Part shown: positions 1 through 11,839 of the stretch, one piece after another
Layout: every line of letters begins with the position of its first letter
Numbering within the stretch: position 1 is the first letter of the stretch
DNA from: Alphaproteobacteria bacterium
GTDB taxonomy: Bacteria > Pseudomonadota > Alphaproteobacteria > MPNO01 > UBA830
Assembly (NCBI GenBank): GCA_965214975.1
Contig: OZ244055.1
Location: forward strand, 598,994 to 662,993
DNA: 64,000 bases
Direction: 5' to 3'
The notes under the pieces: generated by a model
The model's input: only the letters and a program-made list of their open reading frames with translations
Database searches by the model: none
What the model was told of the DNA's origin: nothing
Position numbers and translations under genes: made by a program

Positions 1-414
1 GCGGGCGTTCGCGGTCGGATGGACGAGCAGAAGCGCGTCCATGTCCGCGTCCCTCCACGCCGCCGCCAGCCGCTCGGGCGCCGGCACGGGGCCGTCGGAC
101 CACAGGATGTCGGCGTTCGCCGCGAAGAACGCGTCGCCGCCGAGAAGGTCGAGCGCGTTGGCGATGCCGCCGCCGGTCTCGAGCGGTTCGGTCTCCCGGG
201 AAACCACGATCCGGGGCGCGGCGCGGCCGGCGAGACTCCTCTCGATCCGCTCCGCCAGCCAGTGGACGTTGACGACGGCGGTTCCGACGCCGGCGCGGAC
301 GAGACGGTCGAGAACGCGGTCGAGAAGGGTTCGGCCGCCGACGCGGACGAGGGGTTTGGGCACGCGATCGGTGAGCGGGCGCATGCGCCGGCCGCGGCCG
401 GCCGCGAGAACCAT
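1..414 (-). CDS. Nucleotidyltransferase, MurU-like (N-acetylmuramate-1-P uridylyltransferase family). The 3' end is cut off by the window edge.
   Basis: Manual minus-strand translation starting at ATG 414..412 gives MVLAAGRGRRMRPLTDRVPKPLVRVGGRTLLDRVLDRL..., a typical nucleotidyltransferase N-terminus (GxGxR motif). It lies downstream of the amgK-like gene, as in the conserved tsaE-amgK-murU arrangement. It is absent from the ORF track because it runs off the window. Confidence 0.7.
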   Translation of the reverse strand, partial: MVLAAGRGRRMRPLTDRVPKPLVRVGGRTLLDRVLDRLVRAGVGTAVVNVHWLAERIERSLAGRAAPRIVVSRETEPLETGGGIANALDLLGGDAFFAANADILWSDGPVPAPERLAAAWRDADMDALLLVHPTANAR

Positions 415-437
415 CGCGCGCGCGGGCCGGGAACTGG

Positions 438-1442
438 TCACGACGCCGCGCGCGCCGGCGGCGCGGTCCGGAGCTCCGGGGGCAGATGGGCGTCGAACCA
501 CCCGCGGAGGGCGGCGAGCGCGGGGCGCGCCAGCGCCGCCTCCAGCATCCGCCACAGGCGCGGCACGTGGACGAGATAGCCGGGCTTGCCGTCGCGGTCG
601 CGCAGGCGCGTGAAGATGCCGAGCACCTTGCAGTGGCGCTGGGCCCCGAGCACGAGGCAGGACCGGTCGAAGGCCGCCGCGTCGATTTCGGGGAAGGCCT
701 CCAGATACCGGTCGCGCGCCGCCGCCGCGACTTCGGCGGGCACGTCGCGTCGGGCGTCCTCGACGAGCGAGACGAGGTCGTAGCTCGCCGGCCCGATCGT
801 GGCGTCCTGGAAATCGAGAAGCCCGCAGCGCGCGACGCCGTCGCGGCCGTCGAGCCGCATCAGGTTGTCGACGTGGAAGTCGCGGAGCACCAGCGTCTCC
901 GGAACGCCGCGCGCGTCGGCGAGCGCGGCCCGCCAGAGGTCGCGGTAGGCGCGGCGCGCGGTCTCGGCGGCCGGCCGGCCGGTCGCCGCCGGCAGGTACC
1001 AGCGGACCAGGAGCTCCGCCTCCTCGAGGAAGAGCCGGTCGTGGTAGTCCGGAAGCCCCGCCGCCCCGCCGTCCCTCCGGAAACGCCGGTGGAGGGCGAC
1101 CAGAAGGTCGGTCGCGAGGGCGTAGAGTTCCACGGGATCCGCGCCGCCGTCGAGCAGCCTGGAGAAGGTCCGGTCCCCGAAATCCTCGAGCAGCGCCAGA
1201 CCCGCCTCCGCGTCGGCCGCGAGGATCCTCGGCGCGCTCAGGCCGAGGCCCGAGAGGACGCGGGCGACGTCGACGAACGCCCGGACGTTCTCGCGCTCCG
1301 GGTCGCCCTCCATGCAGACCGCCCGCCGCCCGTCGAGCGCGATCCTGTGGTAGCGGCGGAAGGAGGCGTCCTCGGCGAGCGGCGTCCGCCGGGCGCCGGC
1401 CCAGCCGGCCGCGGCGAGAAACGGCTCGAGCCGGCCGCTCAC
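438..1442 (-). CDS. Aminoglycoside phosphotransferase family protein (AmgK-like anomeric MurNAc/GlcNAc kinase).
   Basis: ORF 438..1649 contains LAAAGWAGA...DASFRRYHRIAL...DFHVDNLM (APH family Brenner motif). I trimmed the start to GTG at 1442..1440, which overlaps the tsaE stop as GTGA. The upstream 69 codons are R/P-rich junk. Confidence 0.75.
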   Translation of the reverse strand: MSGRLEPFLAAAGWAGARRTPLAEDASFRRYHRIALDGRRAVCMEGDPERENVRAFVDVARVLSGLGLSAPRILAADAEAGLALLEDFGDRTFSRLLDGGADPVELYALATDLLVALHRRFRRDGGAAGLPDYHDRLFLEEAELLVRWYLPAATGRPAAETARRAYRDLWRAALADARGVPETLVLRDFHVDNLMRLDGRDGVARCGLLDFQDATIGPASYDLVSLVEDARRDVPAEVAAAARDRYLEAFPEIDAAAFDRSCLVLGAQRHCKVLGIFTRLRDRDGKPGYLVHVPRLWRMLEAALARPALAALRGWFDAHLPPELRTAPPARAAS

Positions 1443-1933
1443 CCGCCCCTCCGGCCGTCGCGCACGTGCGCGACGCGCAGCTCGGGCCGGCTTCCGGTCT
1501 CGAGGCGGATGCGGACGCAGGCGGCCGGCAGGATCTCCTCGATCCGCTCGGCCCACTCGATCACGGACACGCCCTCGGCGAAGGCGTCCTCGACGCCGAG
1601 CTCGAGGGCGTCGCGCGCCGAGCCGATCCTGTAGAGGTCGAAATGCCACAGCGTGAAGCGCGGGAACTCGTAGGGCTGGACCAGGGTGTAGGTCGGGCTC
1701 GGCACCTCGCCGACCTCGGTTCCCGCCGCCGCGCCGAGCGCGCGGACCAGCCCGCGGGCGAACACGGTCTTGCCGCTGCCGAGGCCGCCGGAGAGGGCGA
1801 CCGCGTCGCCCGGGCGCAGGCCGCCGGCGAAGCCGGCGGCGAAGGCCTCGGTGGCCTCGGGGCCGTCGAGCGCGACCGGACCGTCTCCGGGCGCCGTCGG
1901 CGGACCGGCCGGGCCGGAGGTTCCGGCGGTCAG
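1439..1933 (-). CDS. tsaE: tRNA threonylcarbamoyladenosine biosynthesis protein TsaE.
   Basis: The C-terminal 164 aa of ORF 1439..2893 read [25 protein letters not shown]...WHFDLYR (P-loop, TsaE family). The rest of that ORF is antisense read-through of ahcY. The start codon is uncertain; no ATG is present and an alternative start lies near 1933-1950. Confidence 0.65.
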   Translation of the reverse strand: MTAGTSGPAGPPTAPGDGPVALDGPEATEAFAAGFAGGLRPGDAVALSGGLGSGKTVFARGLVRALGAAAGTEVGEVPSPTYTLVQPYEFPRFTLWHFDLYRIGSARDALELGVEDAFAEGVSVIEWAERIEEILPAACVRIRLETGSRPELRVAHVRDGRRGG

Positions 1934-3225
1934 TATCTGTAGTGGTCCGGCTTGAACGGGCCCGAGACGTCGAGCCCGAGATAGGCCGCCTGCTCGGCGC
2001 TGAGTCCGGTGACCTCGGCGCCGAGCTTGTCGAGATGGAGCGACGCGACCTTTTCGTCGAGATGCTTGGGCAGCACGTGGACCCTGGTGTCGTAGCGTTC
2101 GGCGCGCCGCCAGAGCTCGATCTGGGCGAGCACCTGGTTGGTGAACGACGCGCTCATCACGAAGCTGGGATGGCCGGTGGCGCAGCCGAGATTGACGAGG
2201 CGGCCCTCGGCCAGCACGATCAGGCGCTTGCCGTCGGGGAACTCGACCTCGTCGACCTGAGGCTTGACGTTCTCCCACTTGAGGTTGCGCAGCGCCCCGA
2301 CCTGGATCTCGCTGTCGAAGTGCCCGATGTTGCAGACGATCGCCCGGTCCTTCATCCGCCGCATGTGGTCGATCGTGATGACGTCGATGTTGCCGGTCGC
2401 GGTGACGAAGATGTCGCCGTTTTCCGCGGCGCGGTCCATGGTGACGACCTCGTAGCCCTCCATCGCGGCCTGGAGGGCGCAGATCGGGTCGATCTCGGTG
2501 ACCAGCACGCGCGCGCCCTGGTTGCGGAGACTGGCGGCCGATCCCTTGCCGACGTCGCCGTAGCCCGCGACGACGGCGGTCTTGCCGGCGATCATGACGT
2601 CGGTGGCGCGCTTGATGCCGTCGACCAGGCTTTCGCGGCAGCCGTAGAGATTGTCGAACTTCGACTTGGTGACGGAATCGTTGACGTTGATCGCCGGCAC
2701 CAGGAGCTCGCCGTTCCGCTCCATCTCGTAGAGCCGGTGGACTCCGGTGGTGGTCTCCTCGGACAGGCCCCTGACGCCCTTGAGGAGTTCGGGGTGCTTC
2801 TCGTGCATCAGCCTGGTCAGGTCGCCGCCGTCGTCGAGGAGCAGGTCGGGAACCCAGCCGCCGGGTCCCCGGACGGTTCGTTCGATGCACCACCAGAACT
2901 CCTCCTCGGTCTCGCCCTTCCAGGCGAAGACCGGGATTCCCGCCGCGGCGATCGCCGCCGCCGCGTGGTCCTGGGTGGAGAAGACGTTGCAGGAACTCCA
3001 GCGCACCGTCGCGCCGAGCGCCAGGAGGGTCTCGATGAGCACCGCCGTCTGCACGGTCATGTGCAGGCAGCCCACGACCCGCGCGCCCTCGAGCGGCCTC
3101 GATCCGCCGAATTCCTCGCGCAGCGCCATCAGGCCGGGCATCTCGGTCTCGGCGATCGTGATTTCCTTGCGTCCCCAGTCCGCAAGGGACGGATCGGCGA
3201 TCCTGTGATCGGCTGCGGCGTTCAT
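1930..3225 (-). CDS. ahcY: Adenosylhomocysteinase.
   Basis: [40 protein letters not shown]...[47 protein letters not shown] (NAD-binding AhcY signature). The internal ATG at 3225 was chosen; the 69 codons upstream in the ORF are R/P-rich. Confidence 0.9.
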   Translation of the reverse strand: MNAAADHRIADPSLADWGRKEITIAETEMPGLMALREEFGGSRPLEGARVVGCLHMTVQTAVLIETLLALGATVRWSSCNVFSTQDHAAAAIAAAGIPVFAWKGETEEEFWWCIERTVRGPGGWVPDLLLDDGGDLTRLMHEKHPELLKGVRGLSEETTTGVHRLYEMERNGELLVPAINVNDSVTKSKFDNLYGCRESLVDGIKRATDVMIAGKTAVVAGYGDVGKGSAASLRNQGARVLVTEIDPICALQAAMEGYEVVTMDRAAENGDIFVTATGNIDVITIDHMRRMKDRAIVCNIGHFDSEIQVGALRNLKWENVKPQVDEVEFPDGKRLIVLAEGRLVNLGCATGHPSFVMSASFTNQVLAQIELWRRAERYDTRVHVLPKHLDEKVASLHLDKLGAEVTGLSAEQAAYLGLDVSGPFKPDHYRY

Positions 3226-3842
3226 GAGCGGGTTCCCGTGACGTGGTGAAGCATGCGCCGGAACCGCGGGGGCGGGAGTCCCGCCTGACGCGCCGGCGTC
3301 TCCGGACCGGCCGCTCCTCCGCCCGGAGACGGCTCCGGAGACGCGGACGGTCCGCGGACGGCGGGATCCTCCGCGCGACGCGGCCAGATCCGGAACCCGC
3401 GCCTTATACAACGGGAGACGGCGCGGCGGCAAGCCGCGCCCCGGCGAAGCCGGGAGAAGGGAACCGGGAACGGCACGGGAGCGGTGCGGGGCCCCCGGGG
3501 CGGCGCGTCCGCGATTCCGCTTCCAAGGCGCGCGGGCCTGTGGCAGAAGACGGCGGGAAATTCCCGCGATCGAGAGCGATCGCGCGCAAGGGGTCTTCCG
3601 CCCGGCATGAACCGCTTCCGCACGGCCCCTCTTCCCGCCGCGATCGCCGCCCTCTTCCCCGGCGCGGGATTCCCCGTCGGCGCCGCGCTCCGCGTCGCGG
3701 TCACCTGGGCCGGCTGCCGGAATCCGGACCGGGCGGTCCTCGCCACGCGCGGAGCCCGCGGGGCCGACGGCCCGTTTCCGACGCGTCCGGGAACCGGGGA
3801 ACGCATCCGCCGCCGCGAGACGGCGGACGCCTGCGCCGGCCC

Positions 3843-5129
3843 GTGGGGTTGACGGGATTCGCGCCGCGCGAGCGGGCGGCGGCGGTCCTGCACCAGGTTC
3901 TCGTCCGCCGACGCGCCCTCGACGGCGCGCTGCGCGCGGACGGCGGCCTCGACCGGCTTTCCGTCCGCGACCGCGCCTTCGCGCGCAATCTCGCCGCCAC
4001 CACCCTGCGCCGGCTGGGCCAGATCGATTCGATCGCGGGCTCCCGCCTCGACCGGTCCCTGCCGCCGTCCGGCGCGGGCGCCCGCATGGCGCTGCGTCTC
4101 GGGATCTGCCAGATCCTCTTTCTCGGCGTCGGCGCGCACGCCGCGGTGGACACCTCGGTGGCGCTCGCGCGCCAGAGGGGGCCGGACCGGTTCGCGGGGC
4201 TCGTCAACGCCGTGCTCCGGCGCATCGCCCGCGAACCGCGCGAGGACGTGCTCGCCCGCCACCCGGAGCGGCTCAACGCGCCGGACTGGCTGTTCCGGTC
4301 GTGGAGCGCGGCCTACGGCGAGAGCGTCGCGGCGCGGATCGCGGCGGCTCATCTGGAGTCCCCGCCGCTCGACGTCACCGTCCGCCGCGACCCCGCCCGA
4401 TGGGCCGCCCGTCTCGACGGCGAGCACCTGCGGGCGAACACGGTCCGGCTTGGCGCCGCCGGCGACGTCGCCGGCCTTCCCGGCTACGCCGAGGGCGCGT
4501 GGTGGGTCCAGGACGCCGCGGCGGCGCTGCCCGCGGAAGTTCTGGCCGCGAGCGTCGCCCCGGGCGCCCGGATCTGCGACATGTGCGCGGCGCCCGGGGG
4601 CAAGACGGCGCAGCTGGCCGCGGCCGGCTTCGACGTGACCGCGGTCGACCTGTCGCCCGGGCGGCTGCGCCTGGTCGCCGGCAACCTCGCCCGCCTCGGG
4701 CTTTCGGCACGGCTCGTGGAGGCGGACGCCGCGGCCTGGAAGCCGCCCGAGCCGTTCGACGCCGTGCTTCTCGACGCTCCGTGCAGCGCCACCGGCACGA
4801 TCCGGCGCCATCCGGACATCCCGGTCCTGAGAACCCGCGGGGACGTCGCGCGGCACGCCGGGCGGCAGGCGCGCCTCCTCGGGGCGGCGGCCGGGCTGGT
4901 CGCGCCCGGCGGCACGGTCGTGTACAGCGTGTGCTCTCTCGAGCCCGAGGAAGGGGAACGGGTCGTCGACGCCGCCTGCGGCGGCGGGCTCGCGCGCGAA
5001 CCCGCGGACGCCGCCGGCCTGCCGGCGGAGGCCACCGCCGCGGGCGACCTGCGCACGCTGCCCTGCGCCATGGCGGAACGCGGCGGCATGGACGGCTTCT
5101 TCGTGAGCCGTCTGCGCCGCGCGGCCTGA
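3843..5129 (+). CDS. rsmB: 16S rRNA (cytosine967-C5)-methyltransferase RsmB/Sun family.
   Basis: NusB-like N-terminus ([15 protein letters not shown]...) followed by a SAM-MTase core ([10 protein letters not shown]...[17 protein letters not shown]...). The first 200 codons of ORF 3243..5129 are R/P-rich junk, so I placed the start at GTG 3843; a TTG at 3849 is also possible. Confidence 0.8.
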   Translation: MGLTGFAPRERAAAVLHQVLVRRRALDGALRADGGLDRLSVRDRAFARNLAATTLRRLGQIDSIAGSRLDRSLPPSGAGARMALRLGICQILFLGVGAHAAVDTSVALARQRGPDRFAGLVNAVLRRIAREPREDVLARHPERLNAPDWLFRSWSAAYGESVAARIAAAHLESPPLDVTVRRDPARWAARLDGEHLRANTVRLGAAGDVAGLPGYAEGAWWVQDAAAALPAEVLAASVAPGARICDMCAAPGGKTAQLAAAGFDVTAVDLSPGRLRLVAGNLARLGLSARLVEADAAAWKPPEPFDAVLLDAPCSATGTIRRHPDIPVLRTRGDVARHAGRQARLLGAAAGLVAPGGTVVYSVCSLEPEEGERVVDAACGGGLAREPADAAGLPAEATAAGDLRTLPCAMAERGGMDGFFVSRLRRAA

Positions 5130-5253
5130 GACCGGCCCGTTCTCCCGCGGCCGGGGCGGCGAACTTGCCGATGCCGACGCAAGCTGATAGAGGGATCCGG
5201 CCCGCTCCGCAGCCGGGGCGGCCCCCGGTCCCGCCCGTCCTGCCGGAGCGTCG

Positions 5254-5916
5254 ATGCAGCCCCTTCGCATAGCGCCCTCCATTCTCGCGGCCGATTTCGC
5301 GGCGCTCGGCAGCGAGGTGCGGGCGGTCACGGACGCCGGCGCCGACTACATCCACATCGACGTCATGGACGGGCATTTCGTGCCCGAGATCACGATCGGT
5401 CCGGCCGTGGTCGGCGCGCTCCGTCCGTGCAGCGACCTGCCCTTCGACGTCCATCTCATGGTCTCGCCGGTCGATCCGCACGTCGAGGCGTTCGCCGAGG
5501 CCGGCGCCGACATCATCACGGTTCATCCGGAGGCGGGGCCGCATCTCCACCGGACGATCCAGCGCATCAAGGCGTGCGGCAGGAAGGCCGGGGTCTCGCT
5601 CAACCCCGCCACGGCGGCGGCGGCGGCCGTGGAAGTCCTCGACGAGGTCGACCTGGTGCTCGTCATGAGCGTCAACCCCGGCTACGGCGGGCAGAGGTTC
5701 ATTCCGTCCGTGACCGGGAAGATCCGGACCCTGCGCGCCGCCATCGACGAGACGGGGCGGCCGATCGATCTCGAGGTCGACGGCGGCATCAACGGCGACA
5801 CGGCCGCCGTCGCGCGCGAGGCCGGCGCCGACGTGCTGGTGGCCGGCACGGCGGTGTTCGGCGGCGGCCCGGGCGCCTACGCGGACAGCATTCGCGCGCT
5901 TCGCGGCCGCGGATGA
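5254..5916 (+). CDS. rpe: Ribulose-phosphate 3-epimerase.
   Basis: [18 protein letters not shown]...[14 protein letters not shown]...DVHLMV...[10 protein letters not shown] is a full-length Rpe match. Confidence 0.9.
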   Translation: MQPLRIAPSILAADFAALGSEVRAVTDAGADYIHIDVMDGHFVPEITIGPAVVGALRPCSDLPFDVHLMVSPVDPHVEAFAEAGADIITVHPEAGPHLHRTIQRIKACGRKAGVSLNPATAAAAAVEVLDEVDLVLVMSVNPGYGGQRFIPSVTGKIRTLRAAIDETGRPIDLEVDGGINGDTAAVAREAGADVLVAGTAVFGGGPGAYADSIRALRGRG

Positions 5917-7565
5917 GCGCGCGCGCCGGGGGCCGCCGGGCCGCGGGGAGACGGGCGCGCGCGCGCCGCCGGCTGCGAAGCGGCGCGCACGCCGTCGCGA
6001 GGCTGTGGTTCGGGGGGCTGTTCTACCGTCACTCGCTGAAGGGCGCGGTGCCGCGGGCGCTGCCGTTCGTGCCGCGGGAGGAGACGGCCGGAAGCGCCGG
6101 GGAAGGGAGAGCGATCCTCGACGGGCGGGCGCGGTTTCTCGACGCCGCCGCCGCGCCGCGCGTCCGCGGCGCGGCGATGCGGGCGGCGGAGGCGGATCTC
6201 GTCAGGTATCACGGGTTCGACTGGCTGGCCGATCTCGAGGCGGCCGGCGGCGCGGCGGCGCGCGAGCGGGCGGCGGCGCTGATCGCCGCATGGATCGACC
6301 GCAACGCCCGATGGCATCCGGTTTCCTGGCGCCCCGACGTCCTGTCCCGGCGCGTCTGCAACTGGCTCGTGCACGCGACGTTCGCGGCCGGCGGCGGCGG
6401 CGAGGGGTTTCCGCGGCTGTTTCTCGACAGCCTTGCCCGGCAGGTCCGCCATCTCCGCCGCGTGCGGCCGTTCGTCGAGCACGACCTCGGGCGGCTGACG
6501 GCGTCCAAGGCGCTGGTCTACGCGGCGCTCAGCCTGCCCGGCGGCGCGCGCGACGTGCCGGGGCTTCTGCGGCAGCTTCTCGGGAGCTGCTCCGCCCAGC
6601 TTCTTCCCGACGGCGGCCACGTGCGCCGCGACCCGGAAGCGCAGCTCGACGCGCTGCGTCTGCTGGCGGACGTCCGCGACGCCGTCCGGGACGCCGGGCT
6701 GGCCGCGCCCGGCGAGCTTCAGGAGACGATCTCGCGCGTCGCGGCCGTGGCCGGGCTCTTTCGCCACGGCGACGGCGGCCTTGCGGTGTTCGCCGGCTCG
6801 GGCGAGGGCGACCCGGACCGGATCGCGGCGCTTCTCGCGCGCGCCGCCGGCTCCGTGGAGCCGCTGGTGTCCGCGCGGAGCACCGGGTTCGAGCGGGTCG
6901 CGACGCAGCGCGGACTGCTCGTCGTCGACTGCGGACTGCCGCAAGCGCGCGCCGCCGGCACGCTCGCTTTCGAGTTCAGCGTCGGCCCGCAGAGAATCGT
7001 CGTCAACTGCGGCGCCCGGGAGCGCCGCGGCGGCGCCTGGCGGGGGGCGTTCGGCGCCACGGCGGCGCATTCCACTCTCGTCGTCGAGGACACCAACTCC
7101 TCGGTGCTGCGGCCCGACGGATCCCTTGCGCAGGGGCCGGGCCGCGTGACGTGCAGGCGCTCCGAGCGCGACGGGCAGGTCTGGCTCGACACGAGCCACG
7201 ACGGCTACGCCTCGAGGCTTGGCCTCGTCCACCGCCGCCGGTTCCACATGAACAGCGCCGGCACCGAGCTCCGCGGCGAGGACAGCCTGACCGGCAGCGG
7301 CGCGCGCCGGTTCGACATCAGGTTCCATCTGCATCCGACGGTCCGGGCCTCGGCACTCAGGGACGGAACCACGGTTCTGCTCCAGCTTCCGGACCGGGTC
7401 GGATGGCGTCTGCTCTGCCGCGGCGGCACCGCGCGGCTTGAGGAAAGCCTCTACCTGGCGGCGCCCGGGGAGACGCGGCGGTCCGAACAGGTCGTGATTT
7501 CCGGCAGCACGCGCGACGGCGCCGCCGTCGTGAACTGGGCGCTCACCGAACTGTCGCGACGGTAG
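5913..7565 (+). CDS. Heparinase II/III-like family protein (the conserved alphaproteobacterial gene between rpe and purH).
   Basis: The ATG at 5913 overlaps the rpe TGA as ATGA. The 550-aa product ([12 protein letters not shown]...[22 protein letters not shown]...) matches the heparinase II/III-like fold family found at this syntenic position. The 5427 start of the ORF track is rpe antisense-frame junk. Confidence 0.7.
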   Translation: MSARAGGRRAAGRRARARRRLRSGAHAVARLWFGGLFYRHSLKGAVPRALPFVPREETAGSAGEGRAILDGRARFLDAAAAPRVRGAAMRAAEADLVRYHGFDWLADLEAAGGAAARERAAALIAAWIDRNARWHPVSWRPDVLSRRVCNWLVHATFAAGGGGEGFPRLFLDSLARQVRHLRRVRPFVEHDLGRLTASKALVYAALSLPGGARDVPGLLRQLLGSCSAQLLPDGGHVRRDPEAQLDALRLLADVRDAVRDAGLAAPGELQETISRVAAVAGLFRHGDGGLAVFAGSGEGDPDRIAALLARAAGSVEPLVSARSTGFERVATQRGLLVVDCGLPQARAAGTLAFEFSVGPQRIVVNCGARERRGGAWRGAFGATAAHSTLVVEDTNSSVLRPDGSLAQGPGRVTCRRSERDGQVWLDTSHDGYASRLGLVHRRRFHMNSAGTELRGEDSLTGSGARRFDIRFHLHPTVRASALRDGTTVLLQLPDRVGWRLLCRGGTARLEESLYLAAPGETRRSEQVVISGSTRDGAAVVNWALTELSRR

Positions 7566-7576
7566 CGTTCCCGCGG

Positions 7577-8866
7577 TCAGATCTGCCAGCGGCGCACGCC
7601 GTTCCCGAGCGTCAGATCCCGCCACATGCCCTTGACGTCGGCGACCAGCCCGTCGGGTTCGACCAGGGCCGCGAGCCCGTCCGCCGACAGGTTCCTGTAG
7701 GCGTCGTGGGCGACGGCGCCGACGACGCAGGCGTGGGGCGCGCCTGCCCCGAGGCAGGGCAGGAGATCGATGCCGAGCAGTTCCCGCGCCTCGCCGGGGT
7801 CGGCGCGGGCGTCGTGCACATCGACCTTGAAGCCGCGCTCGCCGAGCCCGGAGACCAGGCCTGCCACTCCGGTGTTGCGCAGATCGGAGAGGTTCTCCTT
7901 GAACGTCAGGCCGAGCACGAGGATTCGGGAGCCGGCGCCGCGGCCGAGCTTGCCGGCGATGCGCTCCGCGATGCGCTCGCCCATGTTCTCGTTCACGGAC
8001 CGTCCGGCGCGAACGAGCTCCGGCCGGTGCCCGACGCTCTCGGCCGCGTGGACGAGGTAGTAGGGATCGACGCCGATGCAGTGGCCGCCGACGAGGCCGG
8101 GCCGGAAGTCGAGGAAGTTCCACTTGGTCGCGGCGGCGTCGAGGACGTCGTGGGTCGAGATTCCCATCCTGTCGAGGATCGCGGCCATCTCGTTCACGAA
8201 GGCGATGTTGACGTCCCGCTGCACGTTCTCGACGATCTTGGCCGCCTCGGCCGTCCGGATGTCGGCGGCCCGGAAGATCTTCCCCGACGTGACCTTGCCG
8301 TAGATCCGGCACAGCGTGTCGGCGGCCTCGGGGGTCTGCCCCGCGACCACCTTGTCGACCCGCTCCACGCCATGGTCGCGGTCGCCGGGATTGACCCGTT
8401 CCGGGGAGTAGCCGAGAAGGAAGTCGCGGCCGCAGACGAGGCCGGAGGCCCTTTCGAGGAGCGGGCCGCAGAAATCCTCGGTCACGCCGGGGTAGACGGT
8501 GCTCTCGTAGACCACGACCGCGCCTTTTCCGAGCGCCGCGCCCACGGTCAGGCTGGCCGCCTCGACGGCTCCGAGATCGGGCCGCCTGTCGGAGGTGACC
8601 GGCGTCGGGACGGCGACGACGAACACGTCGCTTCCGGAAATCCGCGACGCGTCATCGGCGAACTCCGCGTTCGTCGCCGCGAGGACGTCGGCGTCGACCT
8701 CGCCCGTGCGGTCGCGGCCCTCGCGCAGTTCGGCGATCCGCCTGCGGTCCACGTCGAACCCGACGACTTCGAACGATCGTGCCAGTGCCATCGCCAGCGG
8801 CAGGCCGATGTAGCCCAGACCGACGACCGCGATCCTCGGTTGGTCCGCCACGCGAGTCTTCCCCAA
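7577..8866 (-). CDS. Nucleotide-sugar dehydrogenase (UDP-glucose/GDP-mannose dehydrogenase family, TviB/WbpO-like).
   Basis: N-terminal Rossmann segment [14 protein letters not shown]...VGFDVD; central catalytic [12 protein letters not shown]; C-terminal UDP-binding domain. It is convergent with the heparinase-like gene. Confidence 0.85.
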   Translation of the reverse strand: MGKTRVADQPRIAVVGLGYIGLPLAMALARSFEVVGFDVDRRRIAELREGRDRTGEVDADVLAATNAEFADDASRISGSDVFVVAVPTPVTSDRRPDLGAVEAASLTVGAALGKGAVVVYESTVYPGVTEDFCGPLLERASGLVCGRDFLLGYSPERVNPGDRDHGVERVDKVVAGQTPEAADTLCRIYGKVTSGKIFRAADIRTAEAAKIVENVQRDVNIAFVNEMAAILDRMGISTHDVLDAAATKWNFLDFRPGLVGGHCIGVDPYYLVHAAESVGHRPELVRAGRSVNENMGERIAERIAGKLGRGAGSRILVLGLTFKENLSDLRNTGVAGLVSGLGERGFKVDVHDARADPGEARELLGIDLLPCLGAGAPHACVVGAVAHDAYRNLSADGLAALVEPDGLVADVKGMWRDLTLGNGVRRWQI

Positions 8867-8946
8867 GAGAGGGCTTGTCTTTACTCTGGGGGCACGGACC
8901 CGTCAAACCCGCCCCAGCGGCGGTCCCGCGCTTCGGAGTCAGCGGC

Positions 8947-10500
8947 ATGACCGACCGGAACCGCGCCGTCAGGCGCGCCCTGATCTCCGTGTCCGACAAG
9001 ACCGGGGCGGCGGAGTTCGCGGGCTTTCTCGCGGCGAGGGGGGCGGAGATCCTCTCGACGGGCGGCACCGCCCGGATCCTGCGGGAGGCCGGGATCCATG
9101 TCGTCGACGTGAGCGAGCGCACCGGCTTTCCCGAGATCCTCGACGGCCGCGTCAAGACGCTCCATCCCGCCGTCCACGGCGGCATTCTCGCCCGCCGCGA
9201 CGATGACGCGCATCTCGCGGCGATCGCGGAGCGCGGCATCGCGCCCATCGATCTCGTCGCCGTCGACCTCTACCCCTTCGAGGCGGCCGTCGCCGCGGGG
9301 CGGGGTTTCGCCGACTGCATCGAGAACATCGACGTCGGCGGTCCCGCGCTGATCAGGGCGGCCGCGAAGAACCACGACGGCGTGGCCGTGGTCGTCGACG
9401 TCGAGGACTACGCGGCGGTCGTGGACGAGATCTCCGCCTCCGGCGGCACGGGCCCGGAACTGCGCCGTCGCCTGGCGGCCGTCGCCTACGCGCGGACCGC
9501 CGCCTACGACGCCGCCGTCGCCGACTGGCTCGCCGGGCGCGGGAGCGGCGGATTCCCCCGCCGGCACGTCGTCGCCGGCGCCCGCGTCCGCGAACTGCGC
9601 TACGGCGAGAACCCCCATCAGCGGGCGGCGTTCTACGCCACCGGCGAGGACGGTCCCGCGGTCGCGACGGCGCGGCAGCTTCAGGGCAAGGACCTGTCCT
9701 GGAACAACCTCAACGACGCCGATGCCGCCTTCGCGCTCGCCGCCGAGTTCGACCGGCCCGCGGCCGCGGTCGTCAAGCACGCCAACCCCTGCGGCGCGGC
9801 GATGGGAGACAGCCTCGCCGAAGCCTTCGCGGCGGCGCTGCGCTGCGACCCCGTGAGCGCCTTCGGAGGCATCGTGGCCGTCAACCGCAGGCTCGACGCG
9901 GCCGCCGCCGCCGCGCTGTCGGAGATCTTCCTGGAGGTCGTGGTGGCGCCGGAGATCGACGCGGAGGCCGCGGAAATCCTGTCGGCGAAAAGGAACCTGC
10001 GGGTTCTGGAGACCGGCGGCCTGCCGGATCCGTCGGCTCCGGGCCGCTCGGTCCGGCCGCTCGCGGGAGGGTTTCTCCTGCAGGACCGCGACGCGGCGCG
10101 CGTTTCCCCCGGGGATCTCGAGGTGGTGACCAGGCGCGCGCCGACCGACGCGGAGACGGCCGATCTGCTGTTCGCCTTCGCCGTCGCGAAGCATGTCCGG
10201 TCGAACGCGATCGTCTACGCGCGCGGCGGCGCCACGGTCGGGATCGGCGCCGGCCAGATGAGCCGCGTGGATTCGGCGCGGATCGCCGCATGGAAATTCC
10301 GCGAGACCGGGGCCGGCGCCCCGGTGGTCGCGTCCGACGCGTTCTTCCCCTTCGCCGACGGCCTTGTCGAGGCCGCCGCCGCCGGCGCCAGCGCCGTGAT
10401 CCAGCCCGGGGGGTCGGTTCGCGATCGGGAGGTCGTGGCCGCCGCCGACGAGCGCGGCCTGGCCATGGTGTTCACGGGGGTCCGGCACTTCCGGCACTGA
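8947..10500 (+). CDS. purH: Bifunctional AICAR transformylase / IMP cyclohydrolase.
   Basis: [20 protein letters not shown]...[13 protein letters not shown]...[11 protein letters not shown] is a canonical PurH sequence. I used the ATG at 8947; the 56 codons upstream in ORF 8779 are junk. Confidence 0.9.
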   Translation: MTDRNRAVRRALISVSDKTGAAEFAGFLAARGAEILSTGGTARILREAGIHVVDVSERTGFPEILDGRVKTLHPAVHGGILARRDDDAHLAAIAERGIAPIDLVAVDLYPFEAAVAAGRGFADCIENIDVGGPALIRAAAKNHDGVAVVVDVEDYAAVVDEISASGGTGPELRRRLAAVAYARTAAYDAAVADWLAGRGSGGFPRRHVVAGARVRELRYGENPHQRAAFYATGEDGPAVATARQLQGKDLSWNNLNDADAAFALAAEFDRPAAAVVKHANPCGAAMGDSLAEAFAAALRCDPVSAFGGIVAVNRRLDAAAAAALSEIFLEVVVAPEIDAEAAEILSAKRNLRVLETGGLPDPSAPGRSVRPLAGGFLLQDRDAARVSPGDLEVVTRRAPTDAETADLLFAFAVAKHVRSNAIVYARGGATVGIGAGQMSRVDSARIAAWKFRETGAGAPVVASDAFFPFADGLVEAAAAGASAVIQPGGSVRDREVVAAADERGLAMVFTGVRHFRH

Positions 10501-10505
10501 GCCCC

Positions 10506-11837
10506 TCAGGCCGGCGCGCGGACCTTCCAGAGCAGAAGCGCGAGGCCGGCCCCGAGAAACGCGAAGATCGTCGCCATGCCGAGGCGCTGCGAGGCCGCGA
10601 GCGCGGTGACCGTGGCGAGGACGAACGGCCCGACATAGGCGGTGGCGCGGCCCGAGAACGCCAGCAGCCCGAACATCTCGGTCCTGCATTCCGCAGGCGC
10701 GAGATGGGCCATCAGCGAACGGCTCGCCGACTGCGCGGGCCCGACGAACAGGCCGAGGGGCACGGCGAAGGCGAGGAACCACGCCATCGATTCGGAGAGC
10801 AGCGCGGGAACGCCGAGCGCGATGAGGCCGGCGAGCGCGAGCGCGATGGCGGTCTTTGGGCCGAGGCGGTCGTCGAGCCAGGCGAAGCCGGCGGCGCCAA
10901 GGCCCGCGGTGACGTTGAGGGCGATCCCGAACAGCAGGATGTCGAGCGTCGACATGCCGAAGGTCTGGCCGGCGTAGACGCCGCCGAAGGCGAAAAGCGT
11001 GTTCATCCCGTCGACGTAGAGCATGCGCGCGCCGAGGAACCAGGCGATGTCGCGGTGCTCGCGGATGCCCCGGACGGTGGAGACCAGCGTCGCGATCCCG
11101 TCGCGCGCCGTCCGCCACCAGCCGAGAGCGCGGGCCCTGCCGTCCGGCACGAAAAGGAACAGCGGCAGGCAGAACAGCGCGAACCAGGCCGCGACGAACG
11201 GCCCCATGGCGCGCTCCGGCTCGAGGCTCTCCCGCGCGAGACCGAGAAGGGGCGCGTCGGGGAGGATCGCCGCGAGCGGCGTCGCGGAGAGGAATTCCGC
11301 AGCGGGCGTCGCGGGCAGGATGAAGCCGAACAGCAGCGCGGTGAGCGCGCACAGTCCGCCGGCGTAGCCGAGGCCCCAGCCCCACCCCGACAGGCGGCCG
11401 TAGCGGTCGCTCGAGGCGATTTCGGGGAGGATCGAGTTGTAGAAGGCCTGGCCCAGCTCGAAGGCCACGTTGGCCACGACGAACAGCGCCAGCACCGCGA
11501 GCGCCGCGGACGGGTCGGGATAGGCGAACCACAGGAACGCGGAGCAGACGACGGTCGCCGCCGTGAAGGCCGCGAGCCACGGCTTGCGGCGTCCGCCGCG
11601 GTCGGCGATCGACCCGCAGACCGGGGCGAGGACCGCGACCAGGACGCCCGAGACCGCCACCGCGTAGCCCCATTGCGCGGTGCCGGAGATGCTGTCGCCG
11701 ACGACGTGCTGCACGAAATAGTGCGGGAACGCGAACGTCACGACGACGGCCGGGAAGGCGGAGTTCGCCCAGTCGAAAAGACACCAGGAGACGCGGGCCG
11801 CGCGCGACCCCCGCTCGGGCGCGGCGAGGTCCGCCAC
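10506..11837 (-). CDS. MFS transporter (UMF1/Atg22-like family).
   Basis: The C-terminal 443 aa of ORF 10506..13511 read WCLFDWANSAF...; I counted about 12 hydrophobic helices. The GTG start at 11837 sits 2-5 nt after the coxL-like stop, so it is the last gene of the cox-like operon. The upstream part of the ORF is the antisense frame of coxL. Confidence 0.7.
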   Translation of the reverse strand: MADLAAPERGSRAARVSWCLFDWANSAFPAVVVTFAFPHYFVQHVVGDSISGTAQWGYAVAVSGVLVAVLAPVCGSIADRGGRRKPWLAAFTAATVVCSAFLWFAYPDPSAALAVLALFVVANVAFELGQAFYNSILPEIASSDRYGRLSGWGWGLGYAGGLCALTALLFGFILPATPAAEFLSATPLAAILPDAPLLGLARESLEPERAMGPFVAAWFALFCLPLFLFVPDGRARALGWWRTARDGIATLVSTVRGIREHRDIAWFLGARMLYVDGMNTLFAFGGVYAGQTFGMSTLDILLFGIALNVTAGLGAAGFAWLDDRLGPKTAIALALAGLIALGVPALLSESMAWFLAFAVPLGLFVGPAQSASRSLMAHLAPAECRTEMFGLLAFSGRATAYVGPFVLATVTALAASQRLGMATIFAFLGAGLALLLWKVRAPA

Positions 11838-11839
11838 CG

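Noticed and set aside
3243-3842. The N-terminal 200 codons of ORF 3243..5129, and similar N-terminal extensions of ORFs 1930..3432, 8779..10500, 18142..19086, 27412..28929, 46763..47704, 49948..52680 and 57403..58947.
   Set aside because: The upstream parts are R/P-rich and lack homology-like content. Internal ATG or GTG codons coincide with the canonical family N-termini and sensible spacing to neighbouring genes.
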